DNA of 64,000 nucleotides, from assembly GCA_965649295.1 (NCBI GenBank), contig CBFGKH010000004.1:64001-128000 (forward strand), given 5' to 3'. Positions 18,416 to 28,215 of this stretch are shown piece by piece. Made by a program: the position numbers and the translations under genes. The notes below the pieces were generated by a model that worked only from the letters and a program-made list of their open reading frames with translations, did no database searches and was not told the DNA's origin. Each line of letters starts with the position of its first letter. Position 1 is the stretch's first letter. The DNA comes from a candidate division WOR-3 bacterium (lineage in GTDB: Bacteria; Hydrothermota; Tepidihabitantia; Tepidihabitantales; Tepidihabitantaceae).

Positions 18416-21292
18416 CTACGGCTGCCGGTCAAGAAGCAAACGGTACTTTGTTTGAACGAATTCGTCACCTTCCTCTTCACGGGCAGCAACCAGGATTGCC
18501 CGCAACGAATCGTCAAGAAGCTTGCCCGCAGCTTCAACCGCGACCAACCGCACAAACGGAACCGGTGCCGTGACGTGAGTGGCAATCTTATCACGCACAA
18601 CCGGTAGCAACGTGTCAGTCGAGTCAAACTTCGTAGCAATAGCGCCCAATGCTCGCACGGCATGACCAAGTGCCGGCGCCTTCATCTTTGACATTGCTGC
18701 CAGTAGCGGCGTAACACTCGAACTACCGATAGCAACCAAGGCCGCCTCCGCCGCGCTCCGTACCGTAAACAACGAATCAGCGAGGTTACGAATTAGCGCG
18801 GGGACAGCCGCTGGGTTCTTCAGTTTACCGCAGGCCTCAGCTGTCACAATCCTCGACGGCTGAAAAGTATCCTGCAGCAGATAGAGAATCTTGGGAACAA
18901 TCAGCGAATCCCCGATGTCGCCAAAAGCTTGAGCGGCCCGCCGGGGTGAGATACGTCTCGTCTTGAGCGCCGAGTAGATTGAGTCAACTGCATCAATGGC
19001 ATTGCGGCCAAGCTTGCCAAACAGGTAAGCTGCATTCTGACGGACGAGATAGCGTTCGTCACGGAGTGCCCGAAACAGAAAGGGTTTAGCCGAATCTGGC
19101 CAGGCCTTGACCAGTGCCTCGATCGCTTCGAGCTCAAGTCCACTCTTGGTGTCAGCCTTCTTCTCAAAAACGTAAGCAAGGGCAGCCGTGCCCAGCCTGT
19201 TGAGCTGTTTGCGTGCCCGTTTCACTCGCTTCTGTGCGTTACCAACCGCCCAGGTTGAGGCAATCTTGAAGACGGAATCGACCGGCAGGGCGATGGAATC
19301 GATGCCGGAATCAGTAGTATCAACATCTGGCTCCTCGTCAACGACGCTGGCCAGCCGTGGCAGGTCAAGGCCTGAACCATAGGTGCCCTTGGTCCAGCGT
19401 GTCTCATCATCTGCGGTATTGCCGATGCTGTACTTGTCCTTGCCCGCCAGATCACAGAACACGCCCATTCCGCCAAATCCGCGTGCCCAGTTGCTCGATC
19501 CATGACAAATGAGAGATTCAGTGCACGTATAGGCATCGTTGCCGTCTGCATCAACAAACAGGCCGACAGAATTGGTCAGGCCGATTCCCTGGCCACCTGA
19601 GCAGTAGTAACTGTCGTCGCCCTGACGGTCAACAAGCACACCCACTGAGAGGTCGTGCCCCTCGCCCTGACTTGGCCCCAGCCGAGAATGATAGGCATCA
19701 TTGCCGGCCCCATCCACCAACGCGCCGACTGAAAGATGAATGCCGGCGCCCTGCGAGTACTGAGCTGCACTATACTTGTCAAATCCAGCCCGATCCCAGA
19801 GCATCCCTAGCGAATACCAGTAGCTTGTACCCTGGCAGAACACTTCAGCGTTGTAGAAATCGTTGCCGTCAGTATCACAGAGGAAGCCGATGCCGCCGCC
19901 TGCGTCAGGCCGTTGACCGATGGCAAATCCTTGGGCAAACGAACGGTATTCGTGCGGTAGTAGTGGCTCGTGCCGAACCCGACCGCCAGCATAGTAGAGG
20001 TCATTGCCACCGTGCTCGAGCAACAAGCCATAGCCCCAGGTGCCGGCGAAAGCCTGACAGTAACCGAGACTGCGATAGGTGTCGTTGGCCTCTTCGTCAA
20101 CCAGCGCAGCTGCACCGTACATTCCCGCGCCCTGAGCAAAGAATCCACCATCGTAGAAATCTGCGCCACGCTGGTCCCAGAGTAAACCGGTGCCGTAGAT
20201 GGCTGCTCCCTGACAGTAACTGACTGAACGATAGATGTCGTCACCTGCGCAGTCAATCAGCACACCGGCTCCAAATAGGGCAGCACCCTGACTGAACAAC
20301 CGGTCAGAGTGGTATAGGTCATTGCCGTCCAGGTCAATACACGCCCCGAACCCTGAACCGATAATTCCGACCCCACCTGCAACGCGACCCAGATATCGAT
20401 CATTGCCACCGATGTCAATAATCAGACAGTAGCTTCCGCGATAGCAGTTATCTGCTGACCCGCCAATGACTAACTTTCCCCATCTGGTATCGCCAACAAA
20501 CAACACTTTACCATCAACACCTGGCACAGACTGACCGTCACCATCATGCGAGAGCTGGGCCGACGCATTCATTAACAATCGGCGTGCCTCGGTAACAGCC
20601 ATCACTACTGCCAGTCCTGACTTCGCCAGTGCCTTGCGGTCCAGCCGACGTGCATAGGCCAGCAGAGTCTCTGGCTTCACATCCTGCGACGTATCGTAGG
20701 TTCTGCCAAACTCGGCGTGCAGCACGCCGGCCAGCGACTTCAAGGTCGAATCATCAGAGTCTCGCCAGTAGTCCGGCGCCAGCCCAAGCATCCGGTCCAG
20801 CTCCTCTGGTTTCAAATTCGCCACCGCTTGATCAAGATACCTCTGCCCAATCTCAAACCCAGCCAACGCAGTTACAATCACGTCAACCAGCGGGCGCGAT
20901 AAATGTGCGGGACTCGAAAACGGTCTGCGAGCTGCAAGCACCTCTTGCCATAACCGAGCTGAGTCGTGACGGCTCCAGCCGAGATCAAGCCGTTCTAGTT
21001 GATACCCGAGCAGACCAACCGGCAGGGTGTCCAGGCATGACACTCGGGCCGCCGCACTCTCAACGTGGCCCACAACATCAAGCGGATGATCAAGCAGCCA
21101 GTCCACGGTCTTCAACCGAAAGAAGCTGTCGACTGCCCACTGTTTGTAGTAGCCAAGTTCATCGACACCGACGCCCTGGATCTGCAGACCCAGACCTATC
21201 GTCGCCATAGCTAATGAATCTAGTCCAACCGCGGGCGATGATGCCGCCATCCCAATGCCGAACAACATAAGCAACACACAGGCCATCCGCAC
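18416..21292 (-). CDS. Large secreted protein with ~12 D..G.D.Y beta-solenoid-like repeats and C-terminal HEAT repeats
   Basis: Signal peptide; repeats of QG....G.G.L.D..GND.Y; VR..AA.A(L/F)G-type HEAT units; AGGAGG RBS. Confidence 0.85.
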   Translation of the reverse strand: MRMACVLLMLFGIGMAASSPAVGLDSLAMATIGLGLQIQGVGVDELGYYKQWAVDSFFRLKTVDWLLDHPLDVVGHVESAAARVSCLDTLPVGLLGYQLERLDLGWSRHDSARLWQEVLAARRPFSSPAHLSRPLVDVIVTALAGFEIGQRYLDQAVANLKPEELDRMLGLAPDYWRDSDDSTLKSLAGVLHAEFGRTYDTSQDVKPETLLAYARRLDRKALAKSGLAVVMAVTEARRLLMNASAQLSHDGDGQSVPGVDGKVLFVGDTRWGKLVIGGSADNCYRGSYCLIIDIGGNDRYLGRVAGGVGIIGSGFGACIDLDGNDLYHSDRLFSQGAALFGAGVLIDCAGDDIYRSVSYCQGAAIYGTGLLWDQRGADFYDGGFFAQGAGMYGAAALVDEEANDTYRSLGYCQAFAGTWGYGLLLEHGGNDLYYAGGRVRHEPLLPHEYRSFAQGFAIGQRPDAGGGIGFLCDTDGNDFYNAEVFCQGTSYWYSLGMLWDRAGFDKYSAAQYSQGAGIHLSVGALVDGAGNDAYHSRLGPSQGEGHDLSVGVLVDRQGDDSYYCSGGQGIGLTNSVGLFVDADGNDAYTCTESLICHGSSNWARGFGGMGVFCDLAGKDKYSIGNTADDETRWTKGTYGSGLDLPRLASVVDEEPDVDTTDSGIDSIALPVDSVFKIASTWAVGNAQKRVKRARKQLNRLGTAALAYVFEKKADTKSGLELEAIEALVKAWPDSAKPFLFRALRDERYLVRQNAAYLFGKLGRNAIDAVDSIYSALKTRRISPRRAAQAFGDIGDSLIVPKILYLLQDTFQPSRIVTAEACGKLKNPAAVPALIRNLADSLFTVRSAAEAALVAIGSSSVTPLLAAMSKMKAPALGHAVRALGAIATKFDSTDTLLPVVRDKIATHVTAPVPFVRLVAVEAAGKLLDDSLRAILVAAREEEGDEFVQTKYRLLLDRQP

Positions 21293-21366
21293 GATTCGCC
21301 TCCTGTCTTTCTAGTTACTGACCAATTGTGCCGACAGCATTCGGCTACTCCCAGAGCAACATTGGC

Positions 21367-21897
21367 TCACTGCGGGGCCAGCCATTCCTGGGGATCAACC
21401 GACCTAGCACCAACCCGGAATTCAAAGTGAAGTGTATCACCGGCAATGCCGATTGTTTCGCCTGCCCGGATTGCCCGACCCGGGCTTGTGCTGACTTCAG
21501 CCAGCCGTGAATAGACCGTGTGAAACCGACCGCCATGGTCAATAATCACCATCAGCCCATAGCCCATGAAACGGTCAGCATAGCTGACTTTCCCACTGTC
21601 CACAGCCCGCACTAGCTCGCCGCGAGTGGTTGCGATGTCCCAACCGGCATTCTTTGTTGCCGTCCCATACTTGGGGTCAACAATGTTGCCGAACGGCCGC
21701 ACCAGTGTGCCATTGACCGGCCACGGCAATCGGCCTTTTTTGCCTTCCATCGGATGCTGGACGGGCGGTTCTGGACTAACAAGTTCGCTGCCACGATGTC
21801 GCCGGCCGTAACGGGGGTTGTCAGTCCACAGCCAAGAACAACCTGTCAGCAACAGGCAAGCTGCCAGCAGCACGACTGGCCACGCGTGACTGGACAC
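21367..21897 (-). CDS. LytM/M23 family lipoprotein, probably catalytically degenerate (EnvC/NlpD-like)
   Basis: Lipobox LTGC; LPWPV.G, G.DI, GYG..VIIDH, LHFE, VDP..W. Confidence 0.88.
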   Translation of the reverse strand: MSSHAWPVVLLAACLLLTGCSWLWTDNPRYGRRHRGSELVSPEPPVQHPMEGKKGRLPWPVNGTLVRPFGNIVDPKYGTATKNAGWDIATTRGELVRAVDSGKVSYADRFMGYGLMVIIDHGGRFHTVYSRLAEVSTSPGRAIRAGETIGIAGDTLHFEFRVGARSVDPQEWLAPQ

Positions 21898-21976
21898 CGA
21901 TACTTTCTAGCCGATTGCCAGTGATGAGTCAATTGCAGTCAAAGAAAACTGCTACCGGGGTATAACGGCAGCAGCA

Positions 21977-22325
21977 TGGAGGCGGCGGGAATCGAACCCG
22001 CGTCCGGAGAGTTCGGCGCCAGGAATCTACATGGTTAGTCAGCCGATGGGTCTCGTCTGTCCGTTAGCCGGCTGACGGGCGCGGACAGACCAGTCTCAGT
22101 GATAATCCGGCCTACGCCCTGAGACGCAACGCTGGCCTTTATCGCCCTGTTAGACCCTGATCCGGCGCCGGGCGCACTCGCCGGTCAAGGGGCTACCGCT
22201 AATTAGGCAGCCAGTGCGTAGCTGTTGTTGGCAGCTGTAGTTCCTTTGTCGGGAGTACGAGGTGACAAAGGACCCTCGCCATGCACTCTGGCCCCTCAGG
22301 CACTCCGTCGAAACCAGTCGCCCCC
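21977..22325 (-). ncRNA. ssrA: tmRNA; tag peptide (A)ANNSYALAA
   Basis: 5' GGGGGCGACTGGTTTCGACGG; 3' GACGCGGGTTCGATTCCCGCCGCCTCCA; tag reading frame 22232..22203 ending in ALAA-stop. Confidence 0.97.
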
Positions 22326-22371
22326 GCACACGGAATCGGCCTGAGCTGGCCCACTCCTGATTGTCGCTCAA

Positions 22372-22400
22372 ATTGTAGAACCTATTGGAGCTTAAGTCAA
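22372..22400 (-). promoter_or_regulatory. sigma70-type promoter of ssrA
   Basis: TTGACT-17 nt-TACAAT on minus strand. Confidence 0.75.
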
Positions 22401-22406
22401 TTGACG

Positions 22407-24251
22407 CTAGCCAGCACTGGAACTGCCACCGCCGCCGCCACCGCCACCGCCACCGGAAAAACCGCCACCCGACGAAGTCGCCGTCGAAAAAGAACCAATC
22501 ATTCCTGACAAGTTGCTGGCAAAAGCAGCGAAGTTGGACAGCCCCTCACCAATCGAAGCCATCCCCGCTCCACCGGGGGCGGCAGCAGCCAGATACCACG
22601 CTGGTTGACTCAGAGCCGCGCCGCGTTCGGCAGCTAACCTGGCAACGTGCTTCAAGAACCGGTCAGCAACTCCTAACGCCACAGCAAAAACGTAGTACTC
22701 TTCCCAGATTCCCAGCAACGTAACCGGTGCCTGCTCGATTGCCGAGAAATCAACGAGAAACTTACGAAAGTTCTTCCACCGACGGTGCTCGATGTAGGCG
22801 GCCGGCGTCCAACGTACTATCGAACTACCAAGCCCGGCGAAAACGAAAGCAAGGACCGCGGCAACGCTCAGTGCCACTGGCAACATCGCCTTATCTGGTA
22901 AGCCGACGATGGCGGCCAAGCCGTTTGCCAGCGCCAGCGCCCCGAGCAATGAACTGAGCGCGGTTATGACCACGTACCAGCCACTTGCCGTAACGCTGGC
23001 CCGTTCTACGAACCCGCCACCTAACTCGGCCCGCCAGCGTAGCATAGCGGCGTCAAACACATCCCCGAGGAAGGAACGTACTACTGTCGGATTGTCTTTG
23101 ACAAACTCCTTCACCATCTTCTCATCAAAAGAGCCAGTGCCCTTGCCAATGTTGTCAAAAAAGAAACTAACGCAGGCCTTGTCAAAGTCATCACCGTTCG
23201 CCACCACGTCAGAACGCACTAGCCGGAAAAGGTGACTTGTTCTATCTCTTTCCCGCACTTCCTGCACGGTTACCGCACCGCGGCGGGCCATTGCCAGCAG
23301 CGTGGCCATCATTCCGCCAAAGAGAGGCTGGTACATTGCCGACTTGGATGGACGCTGATGGAGTATCAACGGTACCATTACAGGCGGGACCTTACGGGGC
23401 GGTTCGTGCTCATAAATTGCTTCATAACTAAGCTGAGGTTCGCGACCGAAGCGCCGATGCATCGTCAAGAGCAACAACAATGGCACGACGACAAGCAGGA
23501 CGATTGCGATGGGTATGAGGAAATGTCTGCGGAGATTCGCCTTCAGAAAATTCTCTCTCTCTTCCTTGAGGATACGTTCGTATGCCGAATCCCGAAGCTG
23601 CGCTGCCAGTGGATAGAGACCCGATTCGGTGAGTACTCTGATTTCAACAAATCTGTCCTTGGCAATGCTGCGCTGATGGACAACTGCCGTGTCGAAATCA
23701 GTGGTGAAGACAAGCCTGCCCGGTGTGGCCGCCGAGTGGACATACACCTTGAACAAGGAGGGACTAGCTGCCGGCGGGACAAGTCTGATGACAATGCTCT
23801 CAATTCGGGCATGGTTATCCTCGATTACCTTCCAGTAGAACTCGGCAACGTCCTGGTAGCGACGAATCGCTCCTTTGATAGTATAGTCGAGCAGAAACCT
23901 TTTCTCCTCGTCCTGCGCTGAATATGACCAGCGGACATAGAGCGAACGTTCGTCACTTCGTAGCTCGGTCGGTTCGATGTCGCGCCAGCCACTGCCAGTG
24001 TACTCGGCCAGCCGCTGCAGAATTACATCAGCCGCGCCCTGTTTGCGCAAGTCAATGTCTGCCCAGGAAAATGTGCCGGCGAAAGAGTAAGTCCGCTCCT
24101 GCAGGATTCGAACGTCGCCGTTCGGTTGCAGCAGCACGGTCGTCACTATTTCGGGATGATAGTAGGACTTTGCAGCTACTGTTGCTGGCAAGGATGCAAC
24201 CAGTAGCCCAATCAGAACCCCTTCCAGCAACCGCTGGCCGCGGCTAAACAA
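22407..24251 (-). CDS. DUF2207-family membrane protein
   Basis: Signal peptide, E.YWK extracellular domain, TM helices, W..Y.V(F/Y)A.ALGV, Gly-rich GGGFSGGGGGGGG tail; start uncertain (TTG 24251 or 24230; the listed 24512 overlaps the upstream gene). Confidence 0.88.
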   Translation of the reverse strand: MFSRGQRLLEGVLIGLLVASLPATVAAKSYYHPEIVTTVLLQPNGDVRILQERTYSFAGTFSWADIDLRKQGAADVILQRLAEYTGSGWRDIEPTELRSDERSLYVRWSYSAQDEEKRFLLDYTIKGAIRRYQDVAEFYWKVIEDNHARIESIVIRLVPPAASPSLFKVYVHSAATPGRLVFTTDFDTAVVHQRSIAKDRFVEIRVLTESGLYPLAAQLRDSAYERILKEERENFLKANLRRHFLIPIAIVLLVVVPLLLLLTMHRRFGREPQLSYEAIYEHEPPRKVPPVMVPLILHQRPSKSAMYQPLFGGMMATLLAMARRGAVTVQEVRERDRTSHLFRLVRSDVVANGDDFDKACVSFFFDNIGKGTGSFDEKMVKEFVKDNPTVVRSFLGDVFDAAMLRWRAELGGGFVERASVTASGWYVVITALSSLLGALALANGLAAIVGLPDKAMLPVALSVAAVLAFVFAGLGSSIVRWTPAAYIEHRRWKNFRKFLVDFSAIEQAPVTLLGIWEEYYVFAVALGVADRFLKHVARLAAERGAALSQPAWYLAAAAPGGAGMASIGEGLSNFAAFASNLSGMIGSFSTATSSGGGFSGGGGGGGGGGSSSAG

Positions 24252-24264
24252 CGAGCGGCCTGCT

Positions 24265-25125
24265 TTAGTCAGTAGCAACTGTCCGCAATGGCCGCACCCG
24301 GCCAGTGAGGCGGGCCAAGAACCGGCCACGCTGTTCGTCTCGGCCTGGACAGCGCCGTGCCAGTGGCGGCGCACCGACGTAGAAGTAGGCATCTGGCGGC
24401 TCGTTGATTGCATTGAAGAAACCGTGGCCACAGCCGCGGATGTTCCCGATGTCGCCCGGCTCGATTGGCGGGCCGTTGCCGCACCAGACATCGACGATTG
24501 CGTCTCCCTCAACCAACGTTACCACATCCGGACCAAACACGCGCTCCGGCGCAATCGAATAGGCCGTATCATGCATCAGCGTGTCGAAGTAGACGTCGCG
24601 GCTGTCCCACTCGCTCAGTGAATCAAGATAGTCATACGTAATCCAGAGCGACAGCCAGTACCACTGGGCAGCCGGTGCCCGACGCCAGGTAATGACAAGC
24701 GTTGACTCAAGCCCCATGATGTAGTTGCCACGCGGCGTAGTGATACGAAAATCGCCGGGCATTGTCACTCGTGCGAATGCCTCACCCCAATAGTGCTTAA
24801 CACTAAGGTCAAACAGACTTAGCGGCAGATTGGGCTGGTCGTCGCCGTACTGATAGCGGGTGGCACTGTAGTAGTAGATGTAAACCGGCCAGTCATTGAG
24901 CGTGAGAATCGGAACCATTCGTAGTCCACGGGCGTCAACAACTTCAAAGTCACGCTGATAGTCGCTCGAACCATCGGCGTAGTCAATCTTGTACACATAA
25001 CCGTTGATGAATGGTTCGCTGTATTCGGGATGGAGTCCGGCAGGAGATTGGTCTTTACAGCCGGCAACCAGCAAACCGGCCAGCGCTACTAACACAAACC
25101 AGTCACGAGAAGGGAACAGCGTCAC
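24265..25125 (-). CDS. Hypothetical lipoprotein
   Basis: Lipobox VAGC; coupled to the dnaN stop (TAGTG overlap); aromatic, beta-rich sequence. Confidence 0.7.
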   Translation of the reverse strand: MTLFPSRDWFVLVALAGLLVAGCKDQSPAGLHPEYSEPFINGYVYKIDYADGSSDYQRDFEVVDARGLRMVPILTLNDWPVYIYYYSATRYQYGDDQPNLPLSLFDLSVKHYWGEAFARVTMPGDFRITTPRGNYIMGLESTLVITWRRAPAAQWYWLSLWITYDYLDSLSEWDSRDVYFDTLMHDTAYSIAPERVFGPDVVTLVEGDAIVDVWCGNGPPIEPGDIGNIRGCGHGFFNAINEPPDAYFYVGAPPLARRCPGRDEQRGRFLARLTGRVRPLRTVATD

Positions 25126-26219
25126 TAGTCGAGCCGAATCGGCATCAGCACATAGGTATCATCGCAGTCTGGCCGTTGCTCGGCCGGACGGAATAGGCCA
25201 GCAGCGAGCGGGTTGGAGAGCTCAATCACAACCTTTTCTGAACTGATACGACGCAGTATGTCAAGCAGGTACGTCACGTTGAATCCAATCCGGATCGGGT
25301 CACCGGTATACTCACAGTCAACCTCTTCCTCACTGCGACCGATATCAGGTGTCTCCGCCGTTATCCGCAACCGATTCTTCTTGAACTCAAGTGCTGCGAG
25401 TCGCCCCACCGGATGAGCAAAAATCAGTGCTCGCCGCAACACTGCTGCCAACGTGTCGATCCCAATTATGGCCCGGCTGGGATAACCCTTAGGGATGACC
25501 CGCTCGTAATCGGGAAACTGCCCCTCGATCAGCCGAGTAACAATCACCGTATTCTGGAATACAAACCCGACCCGGGTCGGGTCAAGATGGAGGGTAACCT
25601 TCTCTTCACCCCGTGGGAACAACGCGAACGGCTTGGTCGCGATGATGAACTTGGCCTTGGCTGGAAACTTGCCCTTTCTAATAACCAGCGCCAGCCGATG
25701 GCCGTCAGTCGCGACCATTCGCGCCTCAGTCTTACCAATTTCCCAATTCACCCCGCACATTACCGGCCGACCCTCATCTTTTGATACCGCAAACGCTACG
25801 CTATCGAACAGTTCCTGTATCGTCACCAGGGGTAGCTCAACCGTGACGCCCTCGGGTAGCTTGGGGTTGTCGGGAAACTCGGTCGGATCAACACCGGAAA
25901 GAATGGACCGAGCTCGACCAGTCTCAACGATTAGACTAAGGTCTTTGCCCTGAAGTACCACACGCTCACCACTAGCCTCGCGAACGACATCAGCTAGCTT
26001 GCGGCCGGACACTAGAAACGTGCCGTCCTCAGCCGCTGAATCAAGCTGAAACTCCTTCCGGACGAACGTGTCGAGATCGGTTGCCGCCAGCGCCAGTTTG
26101 CCGTCGGCAATGGTCACAAGGATGTTCTGCAACAACTGATGAGGCGTCCGCGCCGGAATGACGTTTACGACCCCAATCAGCATATCAGCCAGAATGTCAC
26201 GGCTAATCTCACAGCGCAT
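25125..26219 (-). CDS. dnaN: DNA polymerase III beta sliding clamp
   Basis: ATDLD, VATDGHRL, RLIEGQFPDYERVIP, IGFN..YLLD, VLMPIRL. Confidence 0.97.
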   Translation of the reverse strand: MRCEISRDILADMLIGVVNVIPARTPHQLLQNILVTIADGKLALAATDLDTFVRKEFQLDSAAEDGTFLVSGRKLADVVREASGERVVLQGKDLSLIVETGRARSILSGVDPTEFPDNPKLPEGVTVELPLVTIQELFDSVAFAVSKDEGRPVMCGVNWEIGKTEARMVATDGHRLALVIRKGKFPAKAKFIIATKPFALFPRGEEKVTLHLDPTRVGFVFQNTVIVTRLIEGQFPDYERVIPKGYPSRAIIGIDTLAAVLRRALIFAHPVGRLAALEFKKNRLRITAETPDIGRSEEEVDCEYTGDPIRIGFNVTYLLDILRRISSEKVVIELSNPLAAGLFRPAEQRPDCDDTYVLMPIRLD

Positions 26220-26392
26220 GGAATCTCCTTTGCATCAGGGGAGGCATGTTCCGGCTATACTTCTACCACAACCCGACCGACTGTCAAGCAAAGCCCCGAC
26301 CGGTTGCCAAAACACGGTAGGCTCATCCTAATCACCGCTCATCCTGCCAATCGCTGCCTTGACAGTCGGGCCTCCAAGCCGAGAATCGAACC

Positions 26393-26902
26393 ATGCGCTT
26401 GCTTACCAGCTATCTGGCCAGCATGGTCCTGACCGCTATCCTAATCCTGGGCTGTGGCTACTCCACCCACTCACTGCTGCCAGCCCACATCCGCAAGGTC
26501 GCCATCTTGCCATCCGAGAATACAACCACCCAGCCCGACCTGGCCGAAATACTGACCGACTCACTGATCGCTGCCTTTCGCACCGACCGCACCCTGCTCG
26601 TGACGAGTGAACCCGAAGCCCAGCTCACTGTCGCCACGACGGTAGCATCATACTCCCGGGACCCTGTCGCCTACACCGACGCACAGTCAATCAATCGCTA
26701 CCGACTAGCAGTCAGCGCCACTGTCCAGGCTGTGGACCGTACCCGCGACGAGACTCTTTTCGACGGCTCGATATCAGCCGACCTGACCTACAACCCCGAT
26801 TCGCTGCCTTCGACCGGACTAAGCGCTGAGGAAACCGCGGCCCGACGATTACTAGGCAAGCTGGCACGCGAGGTTGTTCGCCAAGTTCTGACCACGTGGT
26901 AG
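26393..26902 (+). CDS. lptE: LPS assembly lipoprotein LptE family
   Basis: Lipobox ILGCGYS, LP.HI..VAI...EN.T, size 169 aa, C-terminal helix ending in W. Confidence 0.75.
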   Translation: MRLLTSYLASMVLTAILILGCGYSTHSLLPAHIRKVAILPSENTTTQPDLAEILTDSLIAAFRTDRTLLVTSEPEAQLTVATTVASYSRDPVAYTDAQSINRYRLAVSATVQAVDRTRDETLFDGSISADLTYNPDSLPSTGLSAEETAARRLLGKLAREVVRQVLTTW

Positions 26903-28215
26903 TCGAGCTCTATGTTGACCGTCTCGTGCAGGGTGGCGACGGCATTGCCGAACTAAACGGGCTAAAGGTATTCGTCCGTAACGCAGCCCCGGGTGAACTA
27001 GTCCGTGCCCACATCCGTGATCGGAAACGCGACTACTGGGTGGCTGACACCGTTGACATCCTCCAGCCATCGCCGGTCCGAATCACGCCCGCTTGCCCAT
27101 TGTTCGGCAAATGCGGCGGCTGTCAGTTGCAGCACATCAGTTATGAAGGACAGCTCGCTATCAAGCAACAGTTTGTTATTGAGGCAATGCGCCGCGTTGG
27201 TCATCTGTCAGCACCCGTCGGTGAAGTTATCGCTGCCCCAGCCCCTTTTCGCTATCGTAACAAGACCCAGTATCCGGTTGGTCCCGGTCCCCGAATCGGT
27301 TTCTACCGCCGGGCCACCCACGAGCTGGTCGATGTTCGTGTCTGCCTGCTCCATCCGGCAGGGTTTGACGACCTACGACAGACCATCAGCGAGGCGGCTG
27401 TCAGCAGCGGTGAGAACGGCTATGACGAGCAAACCGATTCCGGTAACCTGCGCCACATTATCATCCGCGAAAGCGGCAGCGCCGACCACCTACTGCTAAC
27501 AATCGTCACAAGACACAGCCGACTGAATAAGTCATTTGTTGACAGACTAACGCAGGCCAAGAGACTGGACGGCATCGTGCAGAATATCAATCCTCACCGT
27601 ACCAACCGCATTCTCGGCACCACCGAAAAGTTACTGGCTGGCAGCGCAACAAGCTGGCAGACCGTTGCCGGCCGCACTTTTCGTGTTTCTTCCTCTTCTT
27701 TCTTCCAGATCAACCGCGAGCAGACCACAGCTCTGACGAGTGAGGTCCTGCGCCTGGCCGAACCCAGCGGCAGTGAGACCGTGCTTGACCTATTCTGTGG
27801 CGTCGGGCTACTCGCGCTGCTGGTTGCTCCCCATGTTGCCCACGTTACTGGTGTCGAGCTCGACTCCGGAGCAATCGCTGACGCCCGATTCAATGCCCAA
27901 GCATTTGGCCTCGACAATGTCGAGTTCATCGCCGCCGATGTTGCCGAGGTAGTGACCAGTCTGCCCCGAGCTGACCTCGTTCTTCTTGACCCACCCCGCA
28001 AGGGCTGCCAGCCCCAGACAATTAGTCGCATTGCCGAGCTGCGACCGCACCGCATCATCTACGTCTCCTGTAACCCAGTAACCCTCGCCCGTGACCTTGC
28101 GATGTTTGCTCAGTTGGGCTATGCAGCCAAGGTATTGATGCCTGTTGACATGTTCCCCCAGACTTACCATATTGAAACGGTCGCCTGTCTCGACCGCGCG
28201 GCCCCGACCAGATGA
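26896..28215 (+). CDS. rlmD: 23S rRNA (uracil-C5)-methyltransferase RlmD/RumA family
   Basis: TRAM domain, CxxFxxCGGC Fe-S motif, SFFQIN, DLFCGVG, DPPRKG, YVSCNP, DMFPQT.HIE. Confidence 0.95.
   Translation: MVVELYVDRLVQGGDGIAELNGLKVFVRNAAPGELVRAHIRDRKRDYWVADTVDILQPSPVRITPACPLFGKCGGCQLQHISYEGQLAIKQQFVIEAMRRVGHLSAPVGEVIAAPAPFRYRNKTQYPVGPGPRIGFYRRATHELVDVRVCLLHPAGFDDLRQTISEAAVSSGENGYDEQTDSGNLRHIIIRESGSADHLLLTIVTRHSRLNKSFVDRLTQAKRLDGIVQNINPHRTNRILGTTEKLLAGSATSWQTVAGRTFRVSSSSFFQINREQTTALTSEVLRLAEPSGSETVLDLFCGVGLLALLVAPHVAHVTGVELDSGAIADARFNAQAFGLDNVEFIAADVAEVVTSLPRADLVLLDPPRKGCQPQTISRIAELRPHRIIYVSCNPVTLARDLAMFAQLGYAAKVLMPVDMFPQTYHIETVACLDRAAPTR

Noticed and set aside
21900..22407. Prophage or island integrated at ssrA (also checked at tRNA-Val)
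   Set aside because: No integrase, and I saw no duplicated 3' end of either RNA in the window.
22425..22470. (CCG/CCA)n microsatellite-like tract
   Set aside because: Encodes the normal poly-Gly tail of the DUF2207 protein.
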